Shown here in pieces: positions 50,121 to 62,382 of a stretch of 64,000 nt of DNA. Each line of letters begins with the position of its first letter. The first letter of the stretch is position 1. Source of the stretch: Eledone cirrhosa. Its lineage: Eukaryota. Both the position numbers and the translations under genes were made by a program. Below the pieces are notes generated by a model. It was not told where the DNA came from. It searched no databases and saw nothing but the letters and a program-made list of their open reading frames with translations. The stretch is taken from assembly GCA_964016885.1 (NCBI GenBank), contig OZ024744.1, positions 41,726,001 through 41,790,000 of the forward strand, written 5' to 3'.

Positions 50121-50170
<50 letters not shown>

Positions 50171-53100
50171 GTCCGTCAGTCAGTAAAAACGTGTTTTTGG
50201 AGTTCTGCAAAAGTAGGAAATTTTCTGTTTATTTTCATTTATAATAATTGTTGTATTCTTTGAAAAGAGCCGTAAGACTTCTGACTTTTCTCTCCGAAGG
50301 GGTGACTGTGTAATATTTGGCCCTTTTGGCCCAATATTTGAACGTTTTTGCATTTAAAAAAATTCTCAAAAAGAAAAAAAAAACATGTCTGAGCCACGCC
50401 CCCAAATTTAAGTCTGCTGTCGTGTGACAGCGACCTAAATGTTGAGAGGAGGGAAGCGGCAAACACATTGATTTATACTACAAATACATTTAGCAACATC
50501 ACCACAAACAGCTTAAACAGTTGCAGCAGCAACACCAATAGTGAGAACAATAACCTTAAAAAACCCACGATAATACCAACCACAGCAGTAACAGCGACAA
50601 CCAAAAGACAGAAATGATGACAACAAAAACAACGAAATTAACACCACTAACAATAACATAAACAGTGACAGCACCAACAGCAACAATACCAACTGCACCA
50701 AAAACAACAATAATGGCAGCACCAAAGATATAACCAACTGCAACAGTGATAATAGCAACAACAACAAGAACACTTTCGCTGCGGCAACAGCCAAGAAAAG
50801 GCCATGCTTCAACATGTACTTGACAGACAAGGAGACAAAGTTGGCCTAGGCATGGAAGCTCATCAAACAGGAACAAACCTGGGCCAACTTAACGGTCACG
50901 GCAGAGACCATAGAAGTTGTGGAGAAGAGAACTCTGGTCCTCAGATGCATCTTAGCTGAGACGAAAAGCGCCATAAACTCTCCCCATGCAGATGTCGAGG
51001 CTGCACTGAGGTGCATCAGAGGAGATACAGAGTATGTAGCGAGGGGTCGACAATACGGCACCATCTCTGTGCTGTTTAAGTCGGAGGCCTTCGCTTTGAA
51101 GCACTCGATGACCCTTTGCAAAACCAGCAAGGTTATTATGTACATGGCAAAGGAACGATTAGAGTCCGCATTCCCAGGATTCCACCTGGACTAGATATGT
51201 GGTGGCTCTTGGGATGCGTGATTGTGGAGGGGTCAGATGCCATCCCAATAAAGGTAACCAGGACAGGAAGAGAGGACTGGTCCGGGGTTGATCTGGAGAA
51301 GTATCTTCAGATCAAAGCTGAAGAAATAAAGAAAATCCCGAAGCAGATCCGCCTTCAAAACGGGATGGCTCTACAAGTGATCGCTGAAGGCAAAAGGCTG
51401 TACTGTTTCGGTTGCGGCAAAAAAACACACTTGCGAGCCTTCTGCCCTCAGCTATTGAAAAATGCAAGGGGTCAAAAGTCTCCACTGCTGCCGACGCCGG
51501 GGCCTCATTGCGAAACAACAACACCAACAAAGAAATCTGCAGCAGTAACACCAGAGAACCAACAACAACTGTAAAGACAACCAAGACCACACAAGGGCCA
51601 CTCCTAAGAAGCTCTTCCACTCTCTCTCCCCCTCAAACACACACACACACATTGAAACACACACTGCCACTTACATCTGACACAAACACAGAAACCTCTT
51701 CATCACTGAGCGAAGATAAGGAGGAGGAACACCAAAAGCCAAAAAAAAAAAGAAAAAAGAAAACGCAAGAAGAAATCTCACATACCAACACAAACAGCAC
51801 ACAAAAAGACACATTCGCACCAAACACAGACACACATACTACAACACCCACCCCAGCAACAACACAACCGTCAACACAAACACCATCTCCACCAACAACA
51901 CTACCACTAACACAAACAACTAAAAGAAAACACACACAGCAACAACTTACAACCACAACGCCTAACTTTGTGTTAGTGAGGAAATCGAACACAAAACTAC
52001 TGAACCTCATTACACGAAGTAAGAAAAGAGAGAAAGAGAGGGAGGCGTTTAACACCTGCACCTTCAAGGTGCCATAAACACTTTTGCTATTGCGAATGGA
52101 ACTAAGCAATTATAAAACAATTAGGGAGAGCTTCCCCAATGATGTGGGAACACCCAGTGTAAAAGCCTAAAGTAGGCTTTTAAAGGGGTTTCCAAAAGAA
52201 ACGCCACCAACTATGGAGGTTGAACCATCCGACCTTCACAAGAGCCCGGGATGTAAGTAAACCTTTCCTCTCTCTTTTAACCTGCCAACATGGCCATATT
52301 AAGAGTAGGATGTTTAAATGTTTGAGGGTCACCTGCTCTCTAGGAATGGATGTAATTGCCGTCAACGACCCAGGATTTCCAACACACGAGCACTAGACCC
52401 CATTTTCAACGACTATCAGATCTTCGCATCTGTTAGTCGACCGGGGATAGGATGTGGGCTGACAGTGCTGTTTAGGAAAGGCCTGGATCGCGAGTTAAGG
52501 TCAATCTTCTGGGACCTGGATGGTAAGTTGGTGGTCTTGGACATGAATAATAGCAGTGGTGGTGCCTTTAGACTGGTGGCTGTCTACGCCCGTACCGGGG
52601 CAGGACGACAGGATGTTTTTCTGGGTACATCTCGGCCTTTACTGTTAATGGGTGGCTGGAATTGCATCTTAGATGCACGCTGGGATTGTGTGGAAGTAGC
52701 TGATAGGAGCGGGGGTGAAAAAGCCTCAAGTACCTGATCAGCCAGTTTCAACTGTCTGACAGGTACCGACTAGATTTCCCTAATGCGCCAGTGTGGACCT
52801 GGACAAATCGTTTAGGGACATCTAGATCATACTTAGATAGGTTTCTAATTAGATTGGTTGATAAGGATAGTATAGGGTGTCCACAATTACATACGGTCAC
52901 CTATTCAGTTCACAATTTTGTGATCTGTATGGTCGACCTAAATAAGACGCGTAGGTTAGGACTTGATTACTGGAAGCAGAACATGTCGTTTCCGGCACGT
53001 AAGGCTTACAGGGACTAGGTCAACAATTTAGTTAAGAAAAAGTTGACAGGGTGAGTCGTCAACAATATATGATGGAGGGCTTTCAAAAGAGAGACTAGAG

Positions 53101-55839
53101 TAATGTCGATAAAGTTTAGCAAAGAAGTAGCGTTAGAGAAAAATAGAAAAGAGAGGGAGTGATAGATAAGTTAGACGAGGCTATTTGTAGTGGCATTGCA
53201 ACTGACGTGCTAGCAGCGAGAATGGCATTAGACCATTTCTTCAATGCAAAACACGAAGGTTGCATTGAAATGAGGGAACCAAAACTGTTCAATGGATCCA
53301 CATGGCGGAAGCACAGCATGGTAATAAAACCACAATTTGGTCTTTGGCTACCGAGACGGACACGAGCTGAGCGATTCTAAGCAGATATGTGAGGCCTTTC
53401 GCCAACATTTTGCTCGGTTGTTTGGGAAAAGTGGCGGATCAGAGACGGTGGCAGACTTCAGTCCCTACCTTGATGACTTGCCACAACTCACGACGGCCGA
53501 CACTGAATGCTGCAAAAGGCCAATTACTTCAGCCGAGATTCAGGATGCCTTGTCGGCTGCATGAGGTGCAAGTCACCTGGTTTGGATGGTCTGCCCTACG
53601 AGCTTTATGTAAATATGCCAGCCTTGTCCTCCTATCTCCTTGAAGCGCTCTACTGCTACTGGCAGCAGAACAGGAGTACTCCCAGTTCTGTGAGCAGGGG
53701 AGTTGTGACGCAGATAAGGAAAGACGAGAACAAGAGGGATACATTAAACAACTTCAGGCCCATAACTCTGCCCAACACAGAGTTTAAGATTTTGGCCAAG
53801 GTGTTAACGAAGAGGTTGGCACTTGTCGAGGGTTTGGTTGGGGAGGCGCAAACTTGTGGAATCCCAACCAGGTCCATACACGACAACCTCCACCTGATGT
53901 GATACATTATAGAGAGGGTAGTGTGTAAACCTAGCTTCGGTGGGACTCTGATCAATTTAGATCAATCGAAAGCATTCGATAGGGTTGACCATCGGTACCT
54001 GTACTGCCCTCAAGGCAGCTGGCTTCAGCCCTGTCTTCAGAAGCTGGATCGCTGCAATGCACAGTGGCATCTTCTGCTCAGTGGTTAAAGTTAATGGCCA
54101 CCTCTCAGAAGCTTTTCAGATCTCCCGATCGGTCCGTCAAGAGTGCCCTCTCTCCTCCCTTCTGTACATATTGGCTCTCGAGCCTTTACTGTGGAAGCTG
54201 GAGCTGTTGCAGGGCATCCCGCTCAAACCAGGGCGTGGAAAGGCTGTGTCTGCTTATGCGGACGGCATCACCGTGATGGTGTCGGACATCTCAGACACCC
54301 AGGTGGTCAGCAACTTATTGGAGGAATATGAAAGGTTGACGGGAGCAAAACTTAACCCGGAAAAGTCGGTGGGTTTGCAACTCGGCACCTGGAGAAGCAA
54401 GTCCATGCCGTCCAATATCGTCGTTGGGTGCTGGATGGATGGACCAGTAAAGTTGATCAGGGTTTGGTTCAGCCCAGACCTCAAGGTGGATAAGAATCGG
54501 GACGAGGTGACAGGCAGGGTAGCCACTCTCACCCAGAAATGGGCTGCAAGGAAGCTATCACTGAAAGGTCGGGCAGAGGTGGCGAACGTGTTCATCTCAT
54601 CTGTCATCTACTACCGCCTGACCATCGTCCCTTGCCCCTGTTCGCACCTCGCCAACTTGGAATGGCTCCTCTTCAAATTCTTGTGGAGGAGACAGGTACC
54701 GTTGGTGAGGTGGTCAATCTGCTGCCAGCACCCTCCAATTGGAGGGCTGGGCATCCCGCAGCTAATGATGTACAGACATTCCAGATATTCTGCCTAAATG
54801 GTGAACAGGTGTGGTCGTCGTTTGTCAGACGGGCTTTTTCGCAGCTCGTCTCTTTGACTGAGCTGCAGTCCTGGGTCAAGAAGAGACCGAGACTGGGTGA
54901 CTGGCATCTGGAATGTTGCCAGGCACTCACTGCCCTCTACCAGGCGGGCAATGTGGTCAGTGGAACTGCCACATTCAAACTCAATAGAGGATTAGTGGTG
55001 GGCAACTGCGACGACGCACTTAGAGAGGCTATGGCTGTCGACGAAGTCGAACTGACCAGTCTGTTGTGGGGGACTTTCGAGCCGGGGACGATGGATGATT
55101 TCCAAAAATCCCTCAATTGGCAGTGCTACCGGGGGAGCACTGCCGGTTAGGGATAAATTCTACAGGAACGGAAGTGCTGTCAGACGGACCTGCCTGAGAT
55201 GCACGCATAGTGACGAATCCCGTTCTGCACGCACTCGTCCAGTGTCCGTGCATTACTAACTTGTGGAGTTATGTCGAACAGCTGTTCATGTCGCATGTAG
55301 AACGGATCCGCCTTCCTTTGGTCAGGAAGAGTAAGCAATTTTCCTCTGTCTGATGGAAGTAGCGAAAGAGGTTGTATGGTGGACGAGGCTGAAAGGACTG
55401 AAGACAGACATTTTTCTCTTCGGCCAATCCCTCATCAACTTTTTCAAGTTTCACTTGGAAAGGAAGGTGAGGGTGGAGAGAGAAGTGCTTCCCCCCAGTA
55501 CATTTGCTGAAAGGTGGGTGAATGTGGCGAGAATGACCCATGTGAGTGGGCCTACTCTGATCCTGCGCCTGTAGGTGGATGAATTTGAGGAGGAGAGGGG
55601 TGACCTTCCCGGGTGCTCTTGAAGCGTTGGGTCTTTCAGGATTGGTGGGGTACCTGAGTGAACCCTGGGTGGTCATTCCCCCTATTGGGGAATTTTCCTT
55701 GTTGTATTTTATTGCTATTTTGTTATTGTTATTTATATTGTTTACATGTTGTATATGTAAACCTCCACTGTCCCTGTCTTTTGTATTGTCCCCTATATGT
55801 TAGCCCTTGTGGCCAATAAATGAAACTATTATTATTATT
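50171..55839 (+). mobile_element. Tx1 array unit 4: full-length but decayed, different subfamily
   Basis: ORF1 remnants (CFGCGKKTHLRAFC) resemble the copy at 1-3040. ORF2 is fragmented. Ends CCCTTGTGGCCAATAAATGAAACT(ATT)n. Confidence 0.92.
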
Positions 55840-58800
55840 GTGCTGAAACATTTATATAGTAATTTTTACATTGTTGTGTAGTTAAAGAACCCCTTTTTGA
55901 AAGGTGGTGGTTTTTTAACTGTATCTCTCACCCTTAAGGTCTGAATTTGTATTTATTTACAATCGTAACCCTCAATTTTTTGTAAAAAAAAACATGGCAG
56001 ACAAAAAAAATTATCCACAGGGAGGAACAGTAGGTTGTTCAGAGGATAGAACAGCCAATTCCATCCAATCACAAGGCAAAGGCAAGAACAACAGAAACAG
56101 CAGCAGCCACAGTGGCAGTGGCGATGACAACAACAGCAGCAGGAGCGACAGTGGCAGTGGTGGTGACAACAGCAGCAGCAGCCACTTGAACAGAAGCAGC
56201 AGCCACTGGAACAGTAGCAGCAGCAGCGCAATGTCAAACTACTATGAAAATTTTCCTCATTAGAAGGATCAGACACCACCGCCACCTCAATAACAACAAT
56301 AACAGCATCAACAGCCATAAGGAACAGAGGGAGCAACAACTGTAACAGCAACAACACAGAAGAAAAAAAACAAGAACACTAACAACAACAACAACAAAGG
56401 CAAGACTTCAACCACGTCGTTCGCTAAAGCCGCAAAAAGTGTTGAACAGGTACATATTACCAATGAGGAGATAAAGCAAGCCAACATCTTGGTTAAAAAG
56501 ACCGGACACAGGGTAAGTCTTATCCACCCGGCTAATATAATGAAAAACAAGCTTTTATGTTCAGTCAGTTATCGCACAATTGGAATAAAATTGCACTGAT
56601 TCGAACGGGCAACAGAGTCACAGGTCCAAAGGGCTACGGGTGCCGTCTGGGCACAGAAAACATACATAGCCCGAGGATCGAGATATGGCACTGTGGATGT
56701 GCTCTTCACTACACCAGAAGAAGCCAGAGCACACTCCATTGCGCCACTCCGCAGTGACAAAATCACAATGATGCCCACATACTGCAGCCAGAGAGTCGTG
56801 AGGGTTCGAGTAACCCAGGTTCCGCCCTCAGTGGTGATCGCGTGGCTGATAGCAGCTATCCTCGCTGACGTTGAGGATTCAACAACTATCCTCGATGTCA
56901 TGCGAATAAGACAGGAGAGTTGGACAGGGTCGGGGATGGAGGAGCTAATCATCCAAGCAAACCATGAGAACGTTGAGGCCATCCCCGATGTAATAGATCT
57001 GGACGACGGCAGCCATCTACCCGTGACTGTCGAAGGTAGGCGGCCAAGGTGTCATGGATGCGGTGACAAGACGCACCTTAAGGCCTTCTGCCTCAAACTC
57101 ACCAAAACGGCCACATGCTCCCCCCTTCAACCTACACCGTACCCTTTGACTGGAATGGACAAGCCAACCAAGACTACAGTGGCAGAAGAAAAATTTTTCA
57201 ACGCAATTTTTCAGTGCAAAGCACGAAGGTGCCTTGTCAGAGCTAGGTTGCGTGCTCTCAGACATGAGGGGACGAAAGCTATTCGATGAGGCCGGGTGGC
57301 GGAGGTACGTTGTGGTAACAAAGCCACAATCCGGTCTTTGGCGGATCACGACAGGCACATGCTACTCGAAGGTGTTAGCAAAGAGTTTGGCTCTTGTCGT
57401 CAGCGGTCTGGTGGGAGAGACACAGACATGTGCCATTCCAGACAGATCCATCCACGACAACCTCCATCTCATGCGATACATCGTGGAGAGGGTAGCTAGG
57501 GAACCTGTCATGGGTGGGTCCTTGATCAATTTAGATCAGTCGAAAGCTTTCGATAGGGTGGACCATCGTTATCTGGTGGCAGTCCTGAGGGTGGCTGGCT
57601 TTGGGCCCGTCTTCAGAGGCTGGATCGCTGCCATACACAGCGACATCTGCCCTATGGTGAGAGTGAACCGTCACCTTTCAGAACCGTTCAACATCATGTG
57701 CTCGATCCACCAAGCTTGTCCTCTTTCGTCCCTGTTGTACTTATTGACTCTCGAGCCATTACTGCACAACCTGAAGATATTGACGGGGGTCCCTCGCGAA
57801 CTGGGATGCAGAAGGACCATGTAGGCATATGCAAATGACGTCACTGTAGTGGTTTTGAAAGCCAAACACATTGAGGTGATCGGCACCACTCTAACAGAAT
57901 ACGAGGCGGTTACAGGAGCAATGATGAACCAGGAAAAGTCGGTGGGCCTGCAGCTCGGCACCTGGAGAGGCAGGTCCATGCCGTCCAACAACGTCGTCGG
58001 GTGCTGGATGGATGGACCGGTTAAAAGGGGTCTGGTTTGGTCTGGATCTCCAGACGGACAAAAACTGGGATGAGGGGATAAGCATGGTGGCCTCTCTCAC
58101 CCAGATATGGGCTGAGAGGAAGCTATCCCTGAAAGGTTGAATGGAGGTAGCAAACGCATACATTGCGTCTGTCATCTACTACCACCTGACCATTGTACCT
58201 TGTCTTAAGCCTCGCCTGATTGTGCTGGAGCATTTTCTCTTTCGCTTTTTGTGGAAAAGACGTGCTCCGATGGTCAGGTGGTCCATCTGCTGTCAACACC
58301 CACTACGCAGAGGGCTGGGCATGTTGTGGTTGATGATACGCAGACATGCGTTCAGGCTACGGCATCTCCAACTCTTCCTTAACGGTGATCAGGTGTGGTC
58401 ACCCTTTGCTAGACGCGTGTTTTCCCCCAGCTCATCTCCTTGACAGAGCTGCAGTCCTGGGTCAAGCGAAGACTGAGAGGGAGCGCTTGGAGACTGGAAT
58501 GTCTTCAGGTGCTTACAGCCCTTGACCAGTCGGGCAATGCAATCGGTGGAAACTCTACCTTGGCATTCTATAGAGGGTTAATGGAGGGAAAGAGCGACGA
58601 CATCCTTGGGGAGACTCTGGTCTTCGACGAAAATGAACTAGCCAATCTCTTCGGGAGAACTTTTGGGCTGGAGCCCATCGACAACTTCCAGGAATCCCTG
58701 GCCTGATAGTGCTACCGAGGAGCCTTGCCAGTTCGGGATAAACTCTACAGGCATGGAAGTGCCGTCAGCCGGGCCTGTCCAAGATGTGTGCAGGGTGACG

Positions 58801-59510
58801 AAACCGTCCTGCATGCACTCGTCCAGTGTCCAAGCATTGCTGACTTGTGGGTTTATGTCGAACACCTGTTGTCGCGTGTAGGACAGATCAAGCTATCAGC
58901 TGTATCCATCATGAGGATTGTCCTGCCGCCTTCCTTTAGCCTGGTAGGGCAGGCAGTTTTTATCTGCCTGGTGGCCATGACAAAAGAGATAGTATGTTGG
59001 ATACGACTGAAAGGGTTGAAGACGGGTACTTCCCTCTTCAGTGACGCTCTCATTAAATTTTTCAGGTTTCACCTGAAAAGGAAAATCAGGGTGGGGAGGG
59101 AAGTGCTGCCTTCCAGCCAGTTTGTTGAAAGGTGGGTGAGAGAGGCAAGATTGGCCCATGTGAGTGGGCCTACCCTGAGTGTGTAGCTGTAGAATCATAG
59201 GAAGAAAACTGGAAGAGGGCACTTGCCTTAGAGGTCAGGGTAACTGTGGCTCTTTTGTGGGCTTTCTCCACGAGCGACCCTCGAAAGTCTCCTCCCTATT
59301 GGGGAATTTTTCATTGTTTTCTTTTTTTTTGTTACATCCTCTGTTTTCGTTTTTTTACATGCAGAAATTTCCATTTGCACCGTCCTGTATTGTCCTGTGT
59401 TGTTTTTCTTTGTGTCAGCTCTTGTGGCCAATAAGGAAACCATTATTATTTCCATTATTATTATTATTTTTTCCATTATTATTATTATTATTTCCATTAT
59501 TATTTTTATT
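55840..59510 (+). mobile_element. Tx1 array unit 5: has both ends, internally deleted
   Basis: ORF1 (CHGCGDKTHLKAFC) is fused near 57190 to mid-ORF2, so the endonuclease is lost. Second deletion near 57370. Degenerate (ATT)n tail. Confidence 0.9.
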
Positions 59511-59884
59511 GTGCATCTTTATTGCTTTACTGGGCACAGCTCTGTGTACCTTGCATATGAGCAGTGTAGTTTTTGCTGATGTTGTTTCTATTGTATTGAT
59601 AATACTTTTTGTAATATATGTACAGTGCTTAGTAGTGCTATCTTTTCATCATCATCATCATCATCCTTTTACATCTACTTTTCCCTGCTTGCAAGGGTGG
59701 GACGGGTCCTATTCAGCACAGCATCTCTCCACTTGTCACGGTCTTTCGTCATCTCCTCTGTGAGCTGCATTTGTAAGTCGTTGGTTATGTAATTGTCTGT
59801 GTGTTTTTTTATCATTCCTAGAGCATCTATTATTATAGGTATTGTTTCTGTATTCATTTTCCATGTTCAATAAATTTCTATCTC

Positions 59885-60263
59885 AGTAGAGCATCAGACA
59901 CCATGCTTTGCAGCATAGAGTTATGGCCCTTTACGTTCTGAGTTCAAATCTACTGACGTTAACTTCGCCTTATCCTTATGGGGTCGATAAAATAAAATAC
60001 CAGTAATGTACTGGGGTAATTGCTGGCTTTGTGCCAAAAAATAGAAACATTATTATTATTTGACTATGGCCGGTGGATTGGCAGTATCGGTAGAGGGTCG
60101 GACGCCATGATTGCAGTACAGCTAGTCCCTTTACGGCCTGAGTTCAAATCCCACCAAGGTTAACTTTGCCTTTCATCCTTACGGGGTCGATGAAATAAAG
60201 TACCAGTAATGTACTGGGATAATTGCTAGCCTTGTGCCAAAAGTAGAAACAATTATTATTATT
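59885..60263 (+). mobile_element. Two tandem family A SINEs
   Basis: Units 59885-60060 and 60068-60263, each ending AGAAACA(ATT)n. Confidence 0.88.
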
Positions 60264-61139
60264 TGACCAATTAATTGATATTGCTCTAAGCATTTTAGGT
60301 AATACCAGGCTACAACTAGTAAACCTAGGGTAATTCCAACTTATTTATATCATTCCTCATCATTTCACTATTGCTGGTAGTCCAGAACCTTTCTCAATAT
60401 TCAGTCTGTTGTCAGTAGGTATTGTAGCAACCTACATTCCGAGGGCTCATGGATACATTCTCCGTATGTTATTTGACTCAGTTCAGCCAATCGCTACCAG
60501 CGTAGGAAAATGTATCTCAACTTCTGCCTGGAGGGAAAAATTCACGCTTCTTTTCAATAAACTCTCTCTTGCAGCTCGACACCGTTAAGGTAAGCATCTT
60601 TTGATTTCGTTCCTGAAACATTCCAAAATGTAGCTACTGGACTTATCGCGGCTTTGGCTTCTTACTTCAGCCACCTGACCGTGTCTAAATTTACAGCATC
60701 ATAATTTGTCTATTCATTTCTCATGGCATACCAGTAAACCTTTGTAATCGGTTTGTAAATAAATTATATATTATAAACATTATAAAGTCGTATGATGCTA
60801 TTTTCCACAACATTGCTTTTAACATCTTCAATGGTGACTTCTGTGATACAATACACAAATACATACATTCTCAACACATACATCATCATCATTTTATGTC
60901 CACTTTTCCCTGCTTGCAAGGGTGGGACAGGAACTGATTCTGGCTTGATTTCTACAGCCAGATGCCCTTCCTAACACCAACCTCATTTACAGTGAATGCT
61001 GGGTGCTTTTTTGCCGTGGCGCCTCTACGACCACTTTGCAGCAGAGTAAACTGGAGCAATGTGAAATAAAGTGTCTTGCAATGTGAAATAAAGTGTCTAC
61101 CCGGTGCCTCCATATATATATCATATAACTTATATATAT

Positions 61140-61440
61140 AACTTCCTCTAAAGATACTTCAGTTCAATCCCTAGTGCAAAGTATAATTTTGGCAGGTAGT
61201 TTTCACAGTTCTTTGTCACCATGCTGAGAGCACCAATCACCGATGGAACAATGGGGACTTTCTTCACTTCATTTTTCCAGCATTTCAAGATCTCATATTA
61301 TTCTATGAGAGTACAGTTTCTTTCCTTCTTCTCAATTACAAAAATATTTGGTCTGTTGTGTTCAATCTTCATTTCAATCTGAATTAGGAAGTCCCAAAAG
61401 AGCTTTATCTTATCGTTCTCTAGCGCTCTCATTTCATTTG
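61140..61440 (-). mobile_element. R4/Dong endonuclease fragment (another at ~59770-59884)
   Basis: KLFWDFLIQ...HNRPNIFVIEK and IPIIIDALGMIKK. Confidence 0.65.
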
Positions 61441-61874
61441 TGACCATGTTCAAACTAACAAAAAAAAAATGGCAGAAAATGAAAAACACGAAGTGATTAG
61501 AAGAAAAACTCTGCACGAAAGAGACACAGAAAATAAAAAAAAATTATGTGAGTCATAGAACTAGTTAAGAAAATGAAACTTGAAAAGAAAAACTGAAAAA
61601 TCACTATTAACAGCTCAAGAGTAGGCTTTAAATACCAATGCAATAAAGAGAGGAATTTACAAAATGTCAAACAAATGTAGATTGTGTGTGATTAATGTGG
61701 AGAATGTGTTGCATACTGTCAGTGGTTGTGTACACAAAAAGAATACACATAGAGGAATGCTGCTGACCTGAGGTAAGAAGCTTATACTACTACTTGGAAA
61801 ATAGTGATGAGACACTGTTGGAAGCCATAGCATGAGAAGATGGTCTATCAAAAGTTAGTAACAAAAACATGCGC

Positions 61875-62192
61875 TGGGATCGATTTAATCTACTTTTCCC
61901 TTCCTTGCAAATTGCTGGCCTTGTACCATAAGTAAAAACAATTATTATTATTAGCCTCATCAGGGCAGTGGATTGGCAGTATAAGTAGAGCGTTGGACAA
62001 TATGCTTTACGGCAGAGAGTTACGGCCTTTTACATTCTGAGTTCAAATCCTGCCGAGGTTAGCTTTGCCTTTCATCCTTATGGGGTTGATAAAATAAAGT
62101 ACTAATAATCCATTGGGGTCGATTTAATTGACTTTCCTTCCCCCCACCAAAATTGTTGGACTTGTGCCAAAAGTAGAAACAATTATTATTAT
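61875..62192 (+). mobile_element. Family A SINE preceded by the 3' fragment of another copy
   Basis: Tail at 61940-61952, then head GGGCAGTGGATTGGCAGTA at 61961. Confidence 0.82.
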
Positions 62193-62382
62193 TATCCTCA
62201 TCATTATTATTATTTAAACTTCCATTGATTTCTGCCATTTTCCAATATCGTGGTAACAACCTGATCCCTGAAACAAAATTTGGGAATACTTACATTTAAC
62301 AGTCTATTGTTATACAAACGATACAATAAAGACATAATAAACTCTACAGTAAATGTCTTTGCAAGGTATTTAAATTGATAAT

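Larger units (their letters stand above)
44098..50170 (+). mobile_element. Tx1 array unit 3: full-length Tx1-clade non-LTR retrotransposon
   Basis: 5' UTR, ORF1, ORF2, 3' UTR, AATAAA at 50111 and a long perfect (ATT)n tail. Confidence 0.96.
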
